Assembly: GCF_009914755.1 (NCBI RefSeq)
Contig: NC_060939.1
Length of the DNA stretch: 64,000 nt
Direction: 5' to 3' (one strand)
Origin: the human T2T-CHM13v2.0 reference genome, Homo sapiens
The position numbers and the translations under genes are program-made. Positions 38,830 through 58,096 of this stretch are shown here, piece after piece. Positions within the stretch are counted from its first letter, which is position 1. Each line of letters starts with the position of its first letter. The notes below the pieces were generated by a model. That model saw only the letters and a list, made by a program, of their open reading frames with translations. It did not search any database and was not told the DNA's origin.

Positions 38830-39397
38830 GCCATAACCTTCTAGATGTAAATCTCATCTTGTCACTGCCCCTCTTAAAATCAGCCATTAGCTCCCTGTTC
38901 TCCCACAATAAACTCCAAACTCCTTAACATGGTTTATAAAATCCTTCACACCTGGCCTTGTTTAGTAATTTCCACCCTCACCTCTCGTCTGTCCCTCCTT
39001 TGTTCTTTGTGCTCCAGCTACACTGAACTACCTTCCATCCTCCAAGTTCCCTTTTGCTTTTAGGGCTTTGCACATGCTGTTTTCCTCTTCCAGGACTCCT
39101 CTTGGTCCCCATGCTCTTACTCTTCTATTTCCTCTCACTCCTATTCATTTCTATGGACTCAGCTCCCCTAACACGGCCTCTCTCCTACCCCACTCCAACT
39201 GGTCTAGGGCTCTCATATCTCCTTCCCATGTGCTCTCAAAGCACCTTGTGCTTACAACTTCCACAGAATTAATGAGGTAGGCTCTACTCCCCCCTCCATC
39301 ATTCTATGTGGGAAGATGCCGTTCTGCTTTATTTAACACCATGCACCATGCCTGGAACATGGCAGGGGCTCAACAAATATTGGTTAGATGAATGAAT
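38830..39397 (+). mobile_element. L2 3' fragment
   Basis: aactccaaactccttaacatgg..., ends gctcaacaaatattggttagatgaatgaat. Confidence 0.8.
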
Positions 39398-40805
39398 CTC
39401 TGCCTTAAATAACCTATTTCTGGGCTCAAGTAAACAGCCCTCGCACAAACCTAACATCCCAATGGCAGTATCCTATCTTGAGTCTTATAACTGACGTAGG
39501 GCCAAAGCTGGTTGGGATAATTTAGAATTTTCAAGAAAACCTTGCCTGCTTCATGTGGCTGGGGCTGTTCTCAGCCTTGGAGGACTCCTTCCAAAACAGG
39601 GCCAGGGAGAGGCTCCAGGGCTTCCGTCTTCCAGCAATGGTCCTGGTGGGCAGGTCTGCTTGGAAGGGTGCACCTCGGCCACAGCTGGCGGGACGTTTGT
39701 TTACTTGCTGTGCCTGCAGCCAGGGCCTATTTCTGGATCAGGTATTGGATGCATGCCTGTGTCACTCCAGCCCTGATCTTGCCAGGCGCTGAGTGATGAG
39801 CACGTGTGTGTGCCGGGAGAGAACAGCAGCAGTCCCTTAGGTTATCTGCCTGGCTGCAGCCCAGCCTTCTCTGGGTGTACCAAGTCATTACGGCTTGGCC
39901 CGTGTTGGTGATTACCCTCCCCTGGCTCTAAAGCTTTAGCACTAAATATTGCTCCATTTGCTCTAACTTGCTGTCTATTTCACTAAGGAGGAAGAAGGAA
40001 GAAAGTCAGGGGTGATAAGTAAGATTCTACCAACTTACAAATCTTACTAGGTTGAGGAAGCCCTAACTGGAGTTCCTTGGAGTTTTCAGGGTCAAAGGAA
40101 AGAGATCAGCATTTTAGGCCAATACTATTTTTTCCTATGGTTAGTCCCATTACTGAAAAGGAACTGGAACATGAAGAGGTCACTTGACTTATTTGTGACC
40201 ATTCAGTAAGCCACAAGACAGATAAAAGACAGCACCCAAGACTCTCAGTTTCAAATTTAGTGCCACTTCACTAGCCTAAGATAAATCTGTATTAACAAGT
40301 TAGCTTTGGGAGCTAGTGTCAAATTTGGTTTTGGTAAATGGAGTTTCACCTTTTTTTAGAGCCATTGTTTACGCTGTCACCTCTAAATCAATTAAGAAAC
40401 TATAGCTACAACTCACTGGGTTCCCTTCCGTGGAGTCGTGCAGAGCTCCTCTCACACCGCACCCAGGTTTACACATGGGCTAGAAACCATTCAACTTACA
40501 AACTCTGTTTCAGTTCCTCTAAAGCGATTCTCCACCCTCTCATATTCCAATTTCTGTTTCTGAGGTAGAAAATGGGAAGTAGGGAAAAGGCAAAGCTAGA
40601 ATCTTGCCTGAATGACAGAAACACTATTTTCGGGTACAGAAACATTCTCTTACCATCCCATGATCTGCACTTTGGGAGAGTGTTTTGGGACCTCATTGCT
40701 TTTTTTTTCTTAAACTGTTGTTTCTGAGGAAGAATAATTGTTGTTTGTTTATCATGCAGGGAGAATAAAAATTTTAGTTTTTCTTTCTTTAAAAAATCCA
40801 TCCTG

Positions 40806-42502
<1,697 letters not shown>

Positions 42503-42520
42503 GCAAATGTTCTCAGAAGA

Positions 42521-42530
42521 TTTATTTATT
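42521..42530 (-). terminator. Probable CCDC32 polyadenylation signal (overlapping AATAAATAAA)
   Basis: plus-strand tttatttatt about 1.1 kb after the stop, followed on the minus strand by a U-rich tract. Confidence 0.6.
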
Positions 42531-43607
42531 CTATTTTTTCTTTTAGCTCCTCTCTCGATCGGAAGATTTTTACAGACACCCTACTGATCTTTAGGGATTT
42601 GTAAACTATTACCCAGGAAGAAGGCCCATGGAGCTAAGGCCTCAGAACACCAAAGTCTGGACTGTCTGAGGGCACATGCTAATAACAGGAGGCTGGCAAA
42701 GTGGCCAGCTCCCATGCCTTTGCATGCATTTGTCTTTACCTCCTGCTGCCTGGGAACATCCTTCCAGGAGCAATCGAGTCAACAGCACCACAGACACTGC
42801 TATTCCGTTGAGAAAAGTTTTATATGGAAACACATACTGATCATGAACACAATAAACAGGGAGGGAAGCTCGGGCTCAGCCAGGAAACCTGCCACAAGGA
42901 AGATGTTTGGAACTATCCAGGAGTAGTGTCAAACACTAACACCATATTTACAAGTCTAATTTGGAACCTGGCCCTTTTTAAGTGCAGGAGGAAGTTGGAG
43001 GAGAAGCCATGCATGAAGTAAAAAATACATATACACAGACATAAACACCCACATTTTCACACTTCTTTTGCCCATTTGTTCCACAAGGAACAAATGAGAG
43101 AAAGAAGCCCAGCCTCTCTCCCTGGAGTCCGTATACTTACTACAGATTTGTTAGAGAAGCCCCAGATGGGGCTTGGATTCAAGGAGCAGACTTCACTCTT
43201 ACTGGCCCCACTCACGTGACAATTCACCAAGGGAATGCTTGGGACACAAGCATGAATGTCCGGAAGAGGCAAGAAAATATATGGCTCACTTAACTTACAC
43301 ATTACACATAAGAGGCCTCAGTTTCTCCAAGTACTTTCACATTTGATCTTTAGCAGACTTCTAACCTGCAGAGACAGAGCTCAGCCAAGCTGTGAGACAC
43401 AGAGGAAAGCAGCATTTTGATCCAGTGTGCACTGGGTCAGTCACTTCATCCGAGACAGTCACACATGCCAGCCCCAGGTAAGTCCCTGGGGGCTTGCAGC
43501 TGTTTTCTTTGTGGAGTGGAAATTTGGGTTTTTTCCTTCAGTGGATTTCTCCCTGCTGCTGTCACTGAGCTCCACGCTGCTCGCTCTGGACCCGAGACAG
43601 CTGCTCG

Positions 43608-43609
<2 letters not shown>

Positions 43610-43659
<50 letters not shown>
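43610..43659. repeat. (GT)25 / (AC)25 microsatellite at the start of the CCDC32 3'UTR
   Basis: read directly; 3 nt after the TAA. Confidence 0.98.
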
Positions 43660-43662
<3 letters not shown>

Positions 43663-43819
43663 TTACTGTTCTGCTGCTGCTGGCTTGTCCCCGGCTGCTG
43701 GCTCGTCCTCGGCCACTGGCTTCTCAACCTGTGACTCTGGAGGAATCAGATACTGGACCTCCTCTGTGCTGACGGCTACTTTATCTGGCTGGAGCCACCT
43801 CTTGAAATGTTCCAAGGTG
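43663..43819 (-). CDS. CCDC32: CCDC32 terminal coding exon 4
   Basis: acceptor ctttcatag|C, (S)TLEHFKRWLQPDKVAVSTEEVQYLIPPESQVEKPVAEDEPAAGDKPAAAEQ*; 244+157+157 = 558 nt = 185 aa + stop. Confidence 0.95.
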
Positions 43820-45624
43820 CTATGAAAGGGCAGAATAAAAGGGTGGCTGTGTCAGACCTCACTGATTAATTACTTAATGATTATCTCAGTTACTCAAACA
43901 CTACCTTCCCGCCCACCAGCAATTTCTTCCTACAATTGTTTTTCACTGCTAAACTGGGAAGTACAAGGATACTCCTAATGGCAGCTGTGCATCCTGGCAG
44001 CTCTGCGCATAATTTACCCCATAGTGGGCACTTTGACTACAGGCAGCAGCAGGCCCCCTTCAAATGCAGAGCCTCTGAAGGCTTGATGAGAACCGCTGAA
44101 GAGTTTACGCCTCAGTCCTAAAGACCTAAAGATAGGTCTTTTTTCACTCAAAACAGGAGAGGAGAGAAATTGTCAAGGGGAAGAAACACTCAAATAAATA
44201 CCAAATTATTATTGAGGCAGAAATCTGAGTATCTTTTGCCTCTTATAGCTGAGGCAGTCTGGGACTCAATTATAGCACTTACTTGCACTAAGTGATTTTT
44301 TTTTTGTGTGGGGTTTTTGTTTGTTTATTTCATCCTATAGCAAGTCCCTAAGATAAAAACATCTGAGCAGCAAATATTCCCCACAAGAGAATGACCACTA
44401 TGCCAGAGGGCTGTCTTTTTGTTTGGATCTGTAGGGAGAGGGGAGATGTAATTGTCAAGCTCAAGGTCCCCTACCCGCCTTCCTTACAGGACCCTATACC
44501 TTAAAGCTATTAGACGTTCACAGTAAAATATAAATGACTAGAAATAATGTAAACCTTATTCTATGCTCCTCAATAGCACAAAGTCTTAACCCAAGAAAGA
44601 ATACCATAACAGCAGATTTTAGGCATCTCTTGGTATATGGGGGAATTTATGTTTTGGATAGTCGGATTTCTCAGCCCATTACTCCCTTGCCAAAAGCATA
44701 CCACAAGGAGGATCACCTACCTGGCCCTCACATACGTGAAGACCTATACAACCCCATTGTAAAATGGCCTCTGTTTAAAAGATAAACTTTGAAGAACTAG
44801 TGTTTCCTGGTGTTTGTTCTGGATAATGATAGAAAGAAACATTCCCACAGATGTAGGCTCTGGGGAAAAATCTAAATGTCAGAGGGCAATGAGAGCGGCT
44901 GATTGACTCTAGTGCTCACAGCTCAGGGGAATCAGGTGTGACACAGCATTTAATCTTCATTTACCACACTTTTCATCAAATTGTTCAAATTATTTCCATA
45001 GAGAAGGGAAATCTACATTATTTTACATATTGATAAATACATAGGAACATGCTGATCTGATTTCAGAGAAAGAGGATTTCTACTTGAAAATGACACAGGA
45101 GAAAGTTTTGTCTTTTCTTCTCAGAGCTGGAGAGAAGAGAGGTATTCAGGGGGACAGAATATAAGTAAATACCAAATTATCAGTGGGTCAGGAGTCTGCA
45201 TCTTCAAATCTCCTATGTTTGGAGCAATTTAAGACTTAATTAGGTTGGACCTTTAGAGATAGAAAAGAGCAAAATGTATATAATTTCCTGAACCCTCAGA
45301 GGAGAGTTGGCCTGACCTTAGATGCTACGCTGATTTCTGAAGCATCTAGAGGCATGCTGATTAAGCATTTGAGATAATGTAAGTGAAAGTATTTTACACA
45401 TTTGCAAGTAAATGTACCTATGAAGTTTTATTCACATACTGTCCTGATTTCGGCAGCAGTACTTCTTCTGATATGATGGGATTCTCAACACCAATGTCCA
45501 TATGTTGGAAACTCAAGTTAAATCACATTCCCCTAAGATCTTTTGTTAAAATTCAATTTTTTACTCCCCCCCATTGATTTTTACTTTGAATAATTTCTTA
45601 CCAAACTCTAAAATTCTGTAGGAA

Positions 45625-45830
45625 GGATAATATTAGTAACAGCCAACACTTCTATAGTGCTTACCATGTGCTAGGCATTGTTCTATACCCTTTACAAATA
45701 GTAACTCATTTAACCCTCATAACAACTTATGAGGTAAGAGCTGATTGCTCCCATTTCACAGATCAGGAAACTGAGGCACACATAGGTTACTTACCCAAGA
45801 ACATACAACCAGTAAGTGGCAGAGCCGATT
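45625..45830 (-). mobile_element. MIR
   Basis: ccatttcacagatcaggaaactgaggcaca...acttacccaag. Confidence 0.85.
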
Positions 45831-46245
45831 TCCTGAGTGTCGAGCCCCATTCCTGCTCATTGTGGCAGGGCAGCATGCCCTCTCTATCTTTCTGCATCTA
45901 AACTACTTGCAGGTACTGTTCAAGTCCTGCCTCCCTCTATGGCAAAACACCAAAGCCAGGAGGGAGCTCAGTGGCCTCTCAATTCCCAAAGCACATTCTG
46001 TCACTTCTACTCAACTGGCCCTTCTCTTATTAATGCCTGGTATTGTTAGGTATGTCTTTATATATATTTGTCATCTGCCCTCAAGTAGTTTTGAGGACAA
46101 AAACAAATGGGTTTAAAACTTCCTTACACCATTCCCTCCATGACACCAAGCACAGTGCTATCACACAGTGGATGCTTAATAAATTCATTAATTTAGTCTG
46201 CGTAAATTCATTGAGTGGCTACAATCTGACAAAAATTCTGTAAGG

Positions 46246-46697
<452 letters not shown>

Positions 46698-46907
46698 TTA
46701 GTTACTACTTTCTCAAGTTCATTGCATACTTAAAAATGAACACAATGCTTTATCCTTAACTCTATTCAATCTGTGACCAACACGTAGCTGCAGTATTTGC
46801 CTTTTGGCAAAAAAGTCTTTTCTTAAAAATCTACTGCTGGGCTAAAAACAAATAGAACAACTACATAAAGGATGATTTCAGCTGGAACTAGACGGGGAAT
46901 CGATTAC

Positions 46908-47064
46908 CTCTCATCAGAATCAAGTCCATCCACAAAGAACTCTGAAGCTAACTTCTCCTGGAGGAACCGATCCCAGCATTCCTTCTTGGCTTGGGCCAGA
47001 GTTCGAAGCATGTCCTTGGAAGTCACTTCCTGATTTAAACCTTTGATTCTTCTTAGCTTCTTCT
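46908..47064 (-). CDS. CCDC32: CCDC32 coding exon 3 (coiled-coil region)
   Basis: acceptor ctctctag|AG, (E)KKLRRIKGLNQEVTSKDMLRTLAQAKKECWDRFLQEKLASEFFVDGLDSDE, donor GAGAG|GTAATC; 157 nt, phases match exons 2 and 4. Confidence 0.95.
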
Positions 47065-48485
47065 CTAGAGAGAGAAGTAGAGCTTAACAAGGAAAATGAG
47101 CATGACATGAAATTTTAACTAAATCTAAAACTCAAAATACTAACTTAAAAAATCTCTCACCGATGAGGACATCCACACTCCCTGCCAAAGAGGTCATTTT
47201 TTAAGGACAGATAAAAGGGAATTGAACATTCTTCCTTTTTCCTTCACAAAGTCCTCACCCTGCATTGTATCAAATAAATGTTTAACCCGAGAAAAGGGAA
47301 AAGCCATAGGTTCTCATAAATAAGTCAATGGCATGTTTTCTTTGAAATCACGTAAGCCCAGCAGGTATCTCTCTAAGGAATGCTTGTTTTCCCTGGTTTG
47401 ACATGTGTATACTACTGTCTTTTTTCAACTCCTTGAAAATAATCTCTCTGAGGAGTAAGTGGTTTTTTCTTTTTGTTACAGTAACATGAAGTGGTTTCCA
47501 AATCTCATGAGAAAGAATTAGAGAAAATGATGAAAGATCCAACGGTTCATTAGATATTAAAATTGACTTGATGAGAACTCAATAAGAGACCTTTAAAATC
47601 TCTATGTGTGATTAAATTCTTAATAAAAAGAATCTCCCAACATTTTTTAAAGTTGCTCAACTTGTGGCCTAGATGTTGGAGTCTAATAAAAACAAATGTC
47701 TTCTAATCCCATGACAGTGCTCCATATGGCTTCTTGATGATAGAGGTTAAATTACTCTTGTTTGCATTTTAACTCTAATTGTTTAACAGATTTCCCCTTT
47801 CGAAGAATACAAGAAAGGACATCACCATTTACCGTCTGCCTTAATTTAGTTTGCCTTCAACTATAAGTACATAGGTTAATGATGGCATGGTGGGGTGGTG
47901 AACATCAAGCTTAGAACCAATAGAAACTATGATTTGCAGTTCTGTTTTCATTTCTAAAAAAGTCACATCAGCTAACACCCACTGATCAAAACAAATACCT
48001 TTTGTTCCTGTTATTACCACCATGAGCTCACCCATGTAAAAAAAACCTGCAGTTGATAAATGTTAAATATTTGCAGGGTTTGTTTTCTCCTTGAGGATAT
48101 AAAAAGGGTTATCCATAGCATACATTTAAGTTTTTAATTATTGCTGTTATCAGTGGATTCTCTTTGATATAGGTTATTTAACAATAAAAACAATCTTCAT
48201 ATTGTCTGGCCTCAGTTGTCAAAGTGGAAGGTACTCTTTTGGGCCGGAAAAGGTCTTCCTCTCTCTAAGTATGCTGAGTCCCTGGTCAGGTGTGATTTCA
48301 ATAGGGCAAGCAGAAACAGGCACTAACACGTCCCTTCTGCCGCTGTCTCCCAGTCCATGCCATAGGCAACAGAAATGACTCTTATTTTCTTCAGAGATGA
48401 AAACTTCTTAACTGACTTTAGAGAAGATCATTAACTTTCCAAGCCAGTCTTCACTAATCAAAATCATCACTGTCTTCATTACACT

Positions 48486-49078
48486 TTTTCTTTCTTTCTT
48501 TTTTTTTTTGAGACGGAGTCTCGCTCTGTCACCCAGGCTGGAGTGCAGTGGCACGATCTCACTCAGCTCACTGCAAGCTCCGCCTCCTGGGTTCAAGCGA
48601 TTCTCCTGCCTCAGCCTCCCAAGTAGCTGAGATTACAGGCGCACACCATCACACGTGGCTAATTTTTGTATTTTTAGTAGAAACAGGATTTTGTCATGTT
48701 GGCCAGGATGGTCTTGAACTCCTGACCTCATGTGATCTGCCTGCCTCGGCCTCCCAAATTGCTCTCTCTCTTTCTCTTCCTTCCTCTCTCTCTTTCTCAA
48801 CAAGGTCTTGCTCTGTCACCCAGGCTGGAGTGCAGTGGCATGATCACAGCTCACTGTAACCTTGAACAACTGCTAGGCTCAAGCAATCCTCCCACCTCAG
48901 CCCCCTGGTAGCTGAGATTACAGGCATCTACCACTTCAGGCTAATTTTTAAAAATGTATTTGTAAAGACAGTCTCACTATGTTGCCCAGGCTGGTCTCAA
49001 ACTCTTGGCCTACACGTGACCCTCCCACATCGGCCTCTCAGAGCGCTGGGATTATAGGTGTGAGCCACCATGCCTGAC
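48486..49078 (-). mobile_element. Two Alus in CCDC32 intron 2
   Basis: Alu consensus. Confidence 0.9.
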
Positions 49079-49486
49079 TTTCATGAAAGTTTCTTAGAAG
49101 CCCTTGTCATACAGCACCAACAAGCCAAGGGATCTCGTTCTATAGCTTTATCCAATTGTTGCCTCTTCTCCTTATCATCATTAAACAGATGCTTTGGCTA
49201 CCACATGCAGAATTTTCATCCCCTAGGCCATGGCTGCAAGCATTGCTTTCCTATCTTTGGTGGCTTCCTGGCAAATTTCACATTACTCCCTATCTTTCTA
49301 TCACTCCACCTATGTTTTTCTCATATCTTTTTCCTCCAGTACATCATTAACAAAATCCCTTTTGTTTTTGCAAGATATTTCTTAGCTATCATGCAAGCTC
49401 TCTTCTGACTCTTCTTTCTGTCTTTCCTCAGAAGCTCCTTCTACCTGAATTGCCTTTCCTTCCTCAAAAAATTATTCCCAGGTTTG

Positions 49487-51400
<1,914 letters not shown>

Positions 51401-51979
51401 ATTAGGGCCAAGCGCGGTGGCACACGCCTGTAATCCCAGCACTTCAGGAGGCCAAGGTAAGCCTTATTCCCAGGTTTGGCTTTGTGAAACATGGATGAAT
51501 CTCATGGTTGTTCCACAATAAAAGGATATTACAATTCTAAAGACTGCCCCTCACCGCCCTAGACTGATATTTCTTTTTCCCCTAGCATGGGACAATTTGA
51601 ATCTCTTTCCTGTGTTTGGAATCTCTCTAGATACTTATACTATGGCCGCAGGACAGGGTACTGAAAATGTGTTCAGGAAATATTTTTAAAATAAAATGGC
51701 TAACAAGAGGCAGAATGAATCTTATGTCAATATGCTCCCATTCTCAACAATCAATCTATTTATGTAAGTTTTTCAAACTCCAGCATCAGAAATCCACATG
51801 TAGCCCTGGGGCCATCACATTTTCTTGCAGGATGGCATAAGGTTTAACACTTTTGAGTTATTTGAATATACGGGCAACCAACAGTAGGCAAGAGGGTTCT
51901 ACAGAATGCCAAGAAATCAAACACAGAATTTAGATGAACTGGGCAGAGGCAGGAAGTGACAAAAACTGTTTTAAGAGCT

Positions 51980-52354
<375 letters not shown>

Positions 52355-52463
52355 TTATATCTGACAGATACGTGTGACAGGAATAACAACAACACAAAAG
52401 AATAGGAAACCAAGTTTGATGTAACAGAACTTCAATATGCTTCCCTAGAGCCGTCAAACTTAC

Positions 52464-52707
52464 CTAGAGATGCTAAATACACTTCTGAATCCTGCAAGGG
52501 AGCCCAAGGCTTTACAGCTGGCTGGACAGCAAAGTCAGCCACCTCCCTCTGGCCTTCACCTTCAGGGCAAGAATCCACAAAGGAGTCTGAGAATGCATTG
52601 TTGGCACCATCTTCTTGTTCAGGATTTGGCAGACAGGAACAAATTTCAGCCCAGAGATCCTGGCCAGATCTTGTGGCTGTAGAGTCAGCGCTCTCAAACA
52701 TTTTCAT
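52464..52707 (-). CDS. CCDC32: CCDC32 first constitutive coding exon (exon 2; exon starts at 52719, ATG at 52707)
   Basis: MKMFESADSTATRSGQDLWAEI...EVYLASL; acceptor ttttatag|CTCAG, donor CTAG|GTAAGT; 244 coding nt. Confidence 0.96.
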
Positions 52708-52771
52708 TTGGAATCTGAGCTATAAAACAGAAGCTCAAGTGAGTAAGAACTGGCTTTAAGAATACAGCATA

Positions 52772-53811
<1,040 letters not shown>

Positions 53812-54457
53812 CCTAAATTCTGTTTTCAACAGAACACAGACTAAAGGTCTTTCCACAGTTCCATATACATGAAGATCCTGCTTGGTAAAAAGTGTCTGTC
53901 AGAGAGTACTGTTACAATGCAAGGGCTGTGTGCTCAGCGCATGCAGTTCAGCCGTATGTCTCATGCTCTTATTTTAATACAATCACTGAAAGGTAGGTAT
54001 TTTCACCATTTTACAGATGAAAAAACAAGTTCAGAAGGGTAACTTGCTCTAGGGCACATTACTGATATGTGGGGAATCCTTGACAGGAAAACCAGATCTG
54101 TGCTGCTCCAGAATCCATGTTTTTATCAAATACCATCCTGCTTGTTTGGAAAATATAACGAAAGCAGCCCAAGCACGGGCAGGTAGGAAAAGCTACGCAA
54201 AGAGCCTGGAGGCTTTTATAACTATCTAGGCATATGAGACAGGCTGACACCTTCTTTCAAGAGGAGACTTAGAAATCAGGAAGGCTGCCTGAGGCAAGGT
54301 CTGAATAATGCCAGGAGACAGAGCCCAGCCAGCGTAAAGGCCGGAAGTAAAAGGGACAGCTATGACACGGCGGTCCTGGGTGAACTGATGTCTAGCGCTA
54401 CAGTGAACCCCCAACCCGAATTCGTCTAAAGCCACCCAAAACCAAAACTTTGCTCAC

Positions 54458-54472
54458 ACCAGAGCCCCGCAT
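54458..54472 (-). CDS. CCDC32: CCDC32 alternative upstream coding segment MRGSG; joined to exon 2 (LRFQ) it gives a 194-aa isoform
   Basis: gccATG CGG GGC TCT GGT|GTGAGC; in frame with CTC AGA TTC CAA ATG of exon 2. Confidence 0.7.
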
Positions 54473-54667
54473 GGCCCCTTACCCCAGGGCAGGGCGTCCA
54501 GAACCACGCAGGAAATTCCGGCGTCCAGATCCCAGGCCTCAGTCGCTCAGGTCTCTAGGGCTGTCTGGACGGGATGAATCAGGTCCCAAGGCCTCTATGT
54601 GGTATTCCGGGGCCGGGCCAGAGTGGGAGATCCAAAACGCTGGGCACCCCAGCCCCTCCTCACTTAC

Positions 54668-54740
54668 CGTAACAGCTGCCCAGTAAACGCTTGGCTCAGC
54701 TCTGTCGCCTGTAGCCCGGAGGAAATCGGGAGGGGCGGAG
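54668..54740 (-). other. CCDC32: CCDC32 non-coding first exon (5' boundary approximate)
   Basis: strong donor TTACG|GTAAGTG (GT at 54667-54666) inside a CpG-rich promoter with a GC box. Confidence 0.8.
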
Positions 54741-55352
54741 TCCCCTAGTGACGGAGCCCAGGAGTCCTCCAACTACCTTCCCACCCGACGATGTTCTGTG
54801 CGTCGATTGGTCGAGAGGAGCTCAGCGTGGTGAAGAAGTGAGGAGCAGCAAGAGGCGAGCGGTGGACGGGGCTCTGGTTGCCGGGAAACGGTGGAGTCAC
54901 GTGCCCTGAGCATTGCCCCTCCCCTCCCGAGGGCCAGGTTGATTCCTTGCAGATCCAGGGTTCCAGTCCCTGCTTGGATAGGGAAGTCGTTTCCAAGACT
55001 TTTGACTTTTCCTAGTCGCCGGAGCCAGTTCACCTCCTCCACAACTTTCTCTGTCGGTGTTTGTCTTCTAAAAATTTCACCCCTTCGTTACCCAAATTAG
55101 AGCACTTCGGCGGCTTCTTTCCTTACTCTCCCAGGAGACTCGTGTCTCATTCATCAAATTATGAAGCTTTCCTTCATTCATTTAGTCAATAGATACCAAG
55201 CACCTGCTGTGTTCTAAGCATTGTGTTAAGCGTGAAGTTAAGACACATATGACTTGATATAAGTCCTGGAGATCCTTACAGCTTAGTAGTGTAGGAAGGG
55301 GGTCCGCCATGGAGGCATAAAAGTTTACAAATAACAGTAAACAGTGATAGAC

Positions 55353-56585
<1,233 letters not shown>

Positions 56586-57149
56586 AACTTGTTAAAATTT
56601 TAATTAATTTAAATTTAATTAGCCACATGTGGCTATTGTACAGCACATGGCTAATGGTGATCCTATTGTATAGCACAGGATTGGAGAATATTACATAGTT
56701 CACAGAACCTCAAGGTGAGTGGAGAGTCAGGCTTTAGGTCTATACAGCCAGGGACAGTATCTGAATCTCACTGAGAGACTGCTCAGGGAACACCCCACAG
56801 CCACTGAACATCTATAGCTGGCATTATTCGTCGATTGGGTACTTGACACAAGAACCTCCCCGACTGTTGGCCTCCCAGATTAGATGCCTCCAATGCTACC
56901 TTGTTAGACACGGATTTCACACTGAGCCTGCTTCCGCGGCTGTGTGCCTCTGAACCAAAGCCTCTGTCTAAGAGATAGAGCCCAGGTCAAATGCCTATGT
57001 CCAAGCTGCAAGAGAGTGTGGGAAGGCTCTGGCTTCTACCTTTTGGGGGCAGTAATGAAATGTGAGAAATTCCCCACCCAAAAGAAGGGTGTTCGGAAGA
57101 TGCTGGATGTTTACAGAATATGACAAATGTCTACTCTACATGGTCTATG

Positions 57150-57258
57150 CCAGTGCTTCTCAAGCTTTAATATGCAGAAAAATCACCTGAGGATCATGTT
57201 AAAGTGCAGATTCTCATTTAGTAGGTCAGAAGGGGAGGAGGAACAAGATTCTGCTATG
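57150..57258. mobile_element. MER5A-like hAT DNA transposon fragment
   Basis: cagtgcttctcaagctttaatatgcagaaaaatcacctgaggatcatgttaaagtgcagattc. Confidence 0.7.
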
Positions 57259-57769
57259 TTTTCTGTCTCCACAGTTTTGCCAGGCACTAGTCCAAGTATT
57301 TTACTTGAATTAACTAATTTAATTCTCCCACCCCAATCCTATGGAGCAAAGAGGCTAGCTAAGAATACATACTTTTCTTTTGGATAAGGTTCTGCTTTCA
57401 CTGTAAATATCTTAATGAAATGATGCACTTGAGAGATGATGTCCCTCCTGTGAAGTAGTTTGGTTCTAACATACCCCACAATCAATGGAGAATTCTACCT
57501 CTTATTTCTGGAGGTAGTCAGGAATCAGACTTTTCAGCATATGGAGTTCTGCAGCTGTGGATACCTCAGCTGCAGTCCCTCAGTTAGTTTGGTGAGACTA
57601 ATGACTTGAAGAAGGAATTTAGCTAAAAAAGATTTCCCTTTCTCCTCTCCAGAATACAAATGCCTAGGATAAGAATTAGACTGTCTTTTTTTTTTTTTTT
57701 TTTTGGCAAACTAACATTGAAATGCCTCCTTATTTGGAAGAATCCCACTCTGGATACCAAAGAGGGTTA

Positions 57770-58096
<327 letters not shown>

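Larger units (their letters stand above)
54330..55030 (-). promoter_or_regulatory. CCDC32 CpG-rich promoter: ETS (ccggaagt 54341), GC box (54732), CCAAT (attgg 54806), RFX X-box (54877), E-box gtcacgtg (54896)
   Basis: CpG enrichment and motif matches read directly around exon 1. Confidence 0.8.

Noticed and set aside
57548-57574. Hairpin ctgcagctg-N9-cagctgcag
   Set aside because: Short isolated stem, compatible with chance
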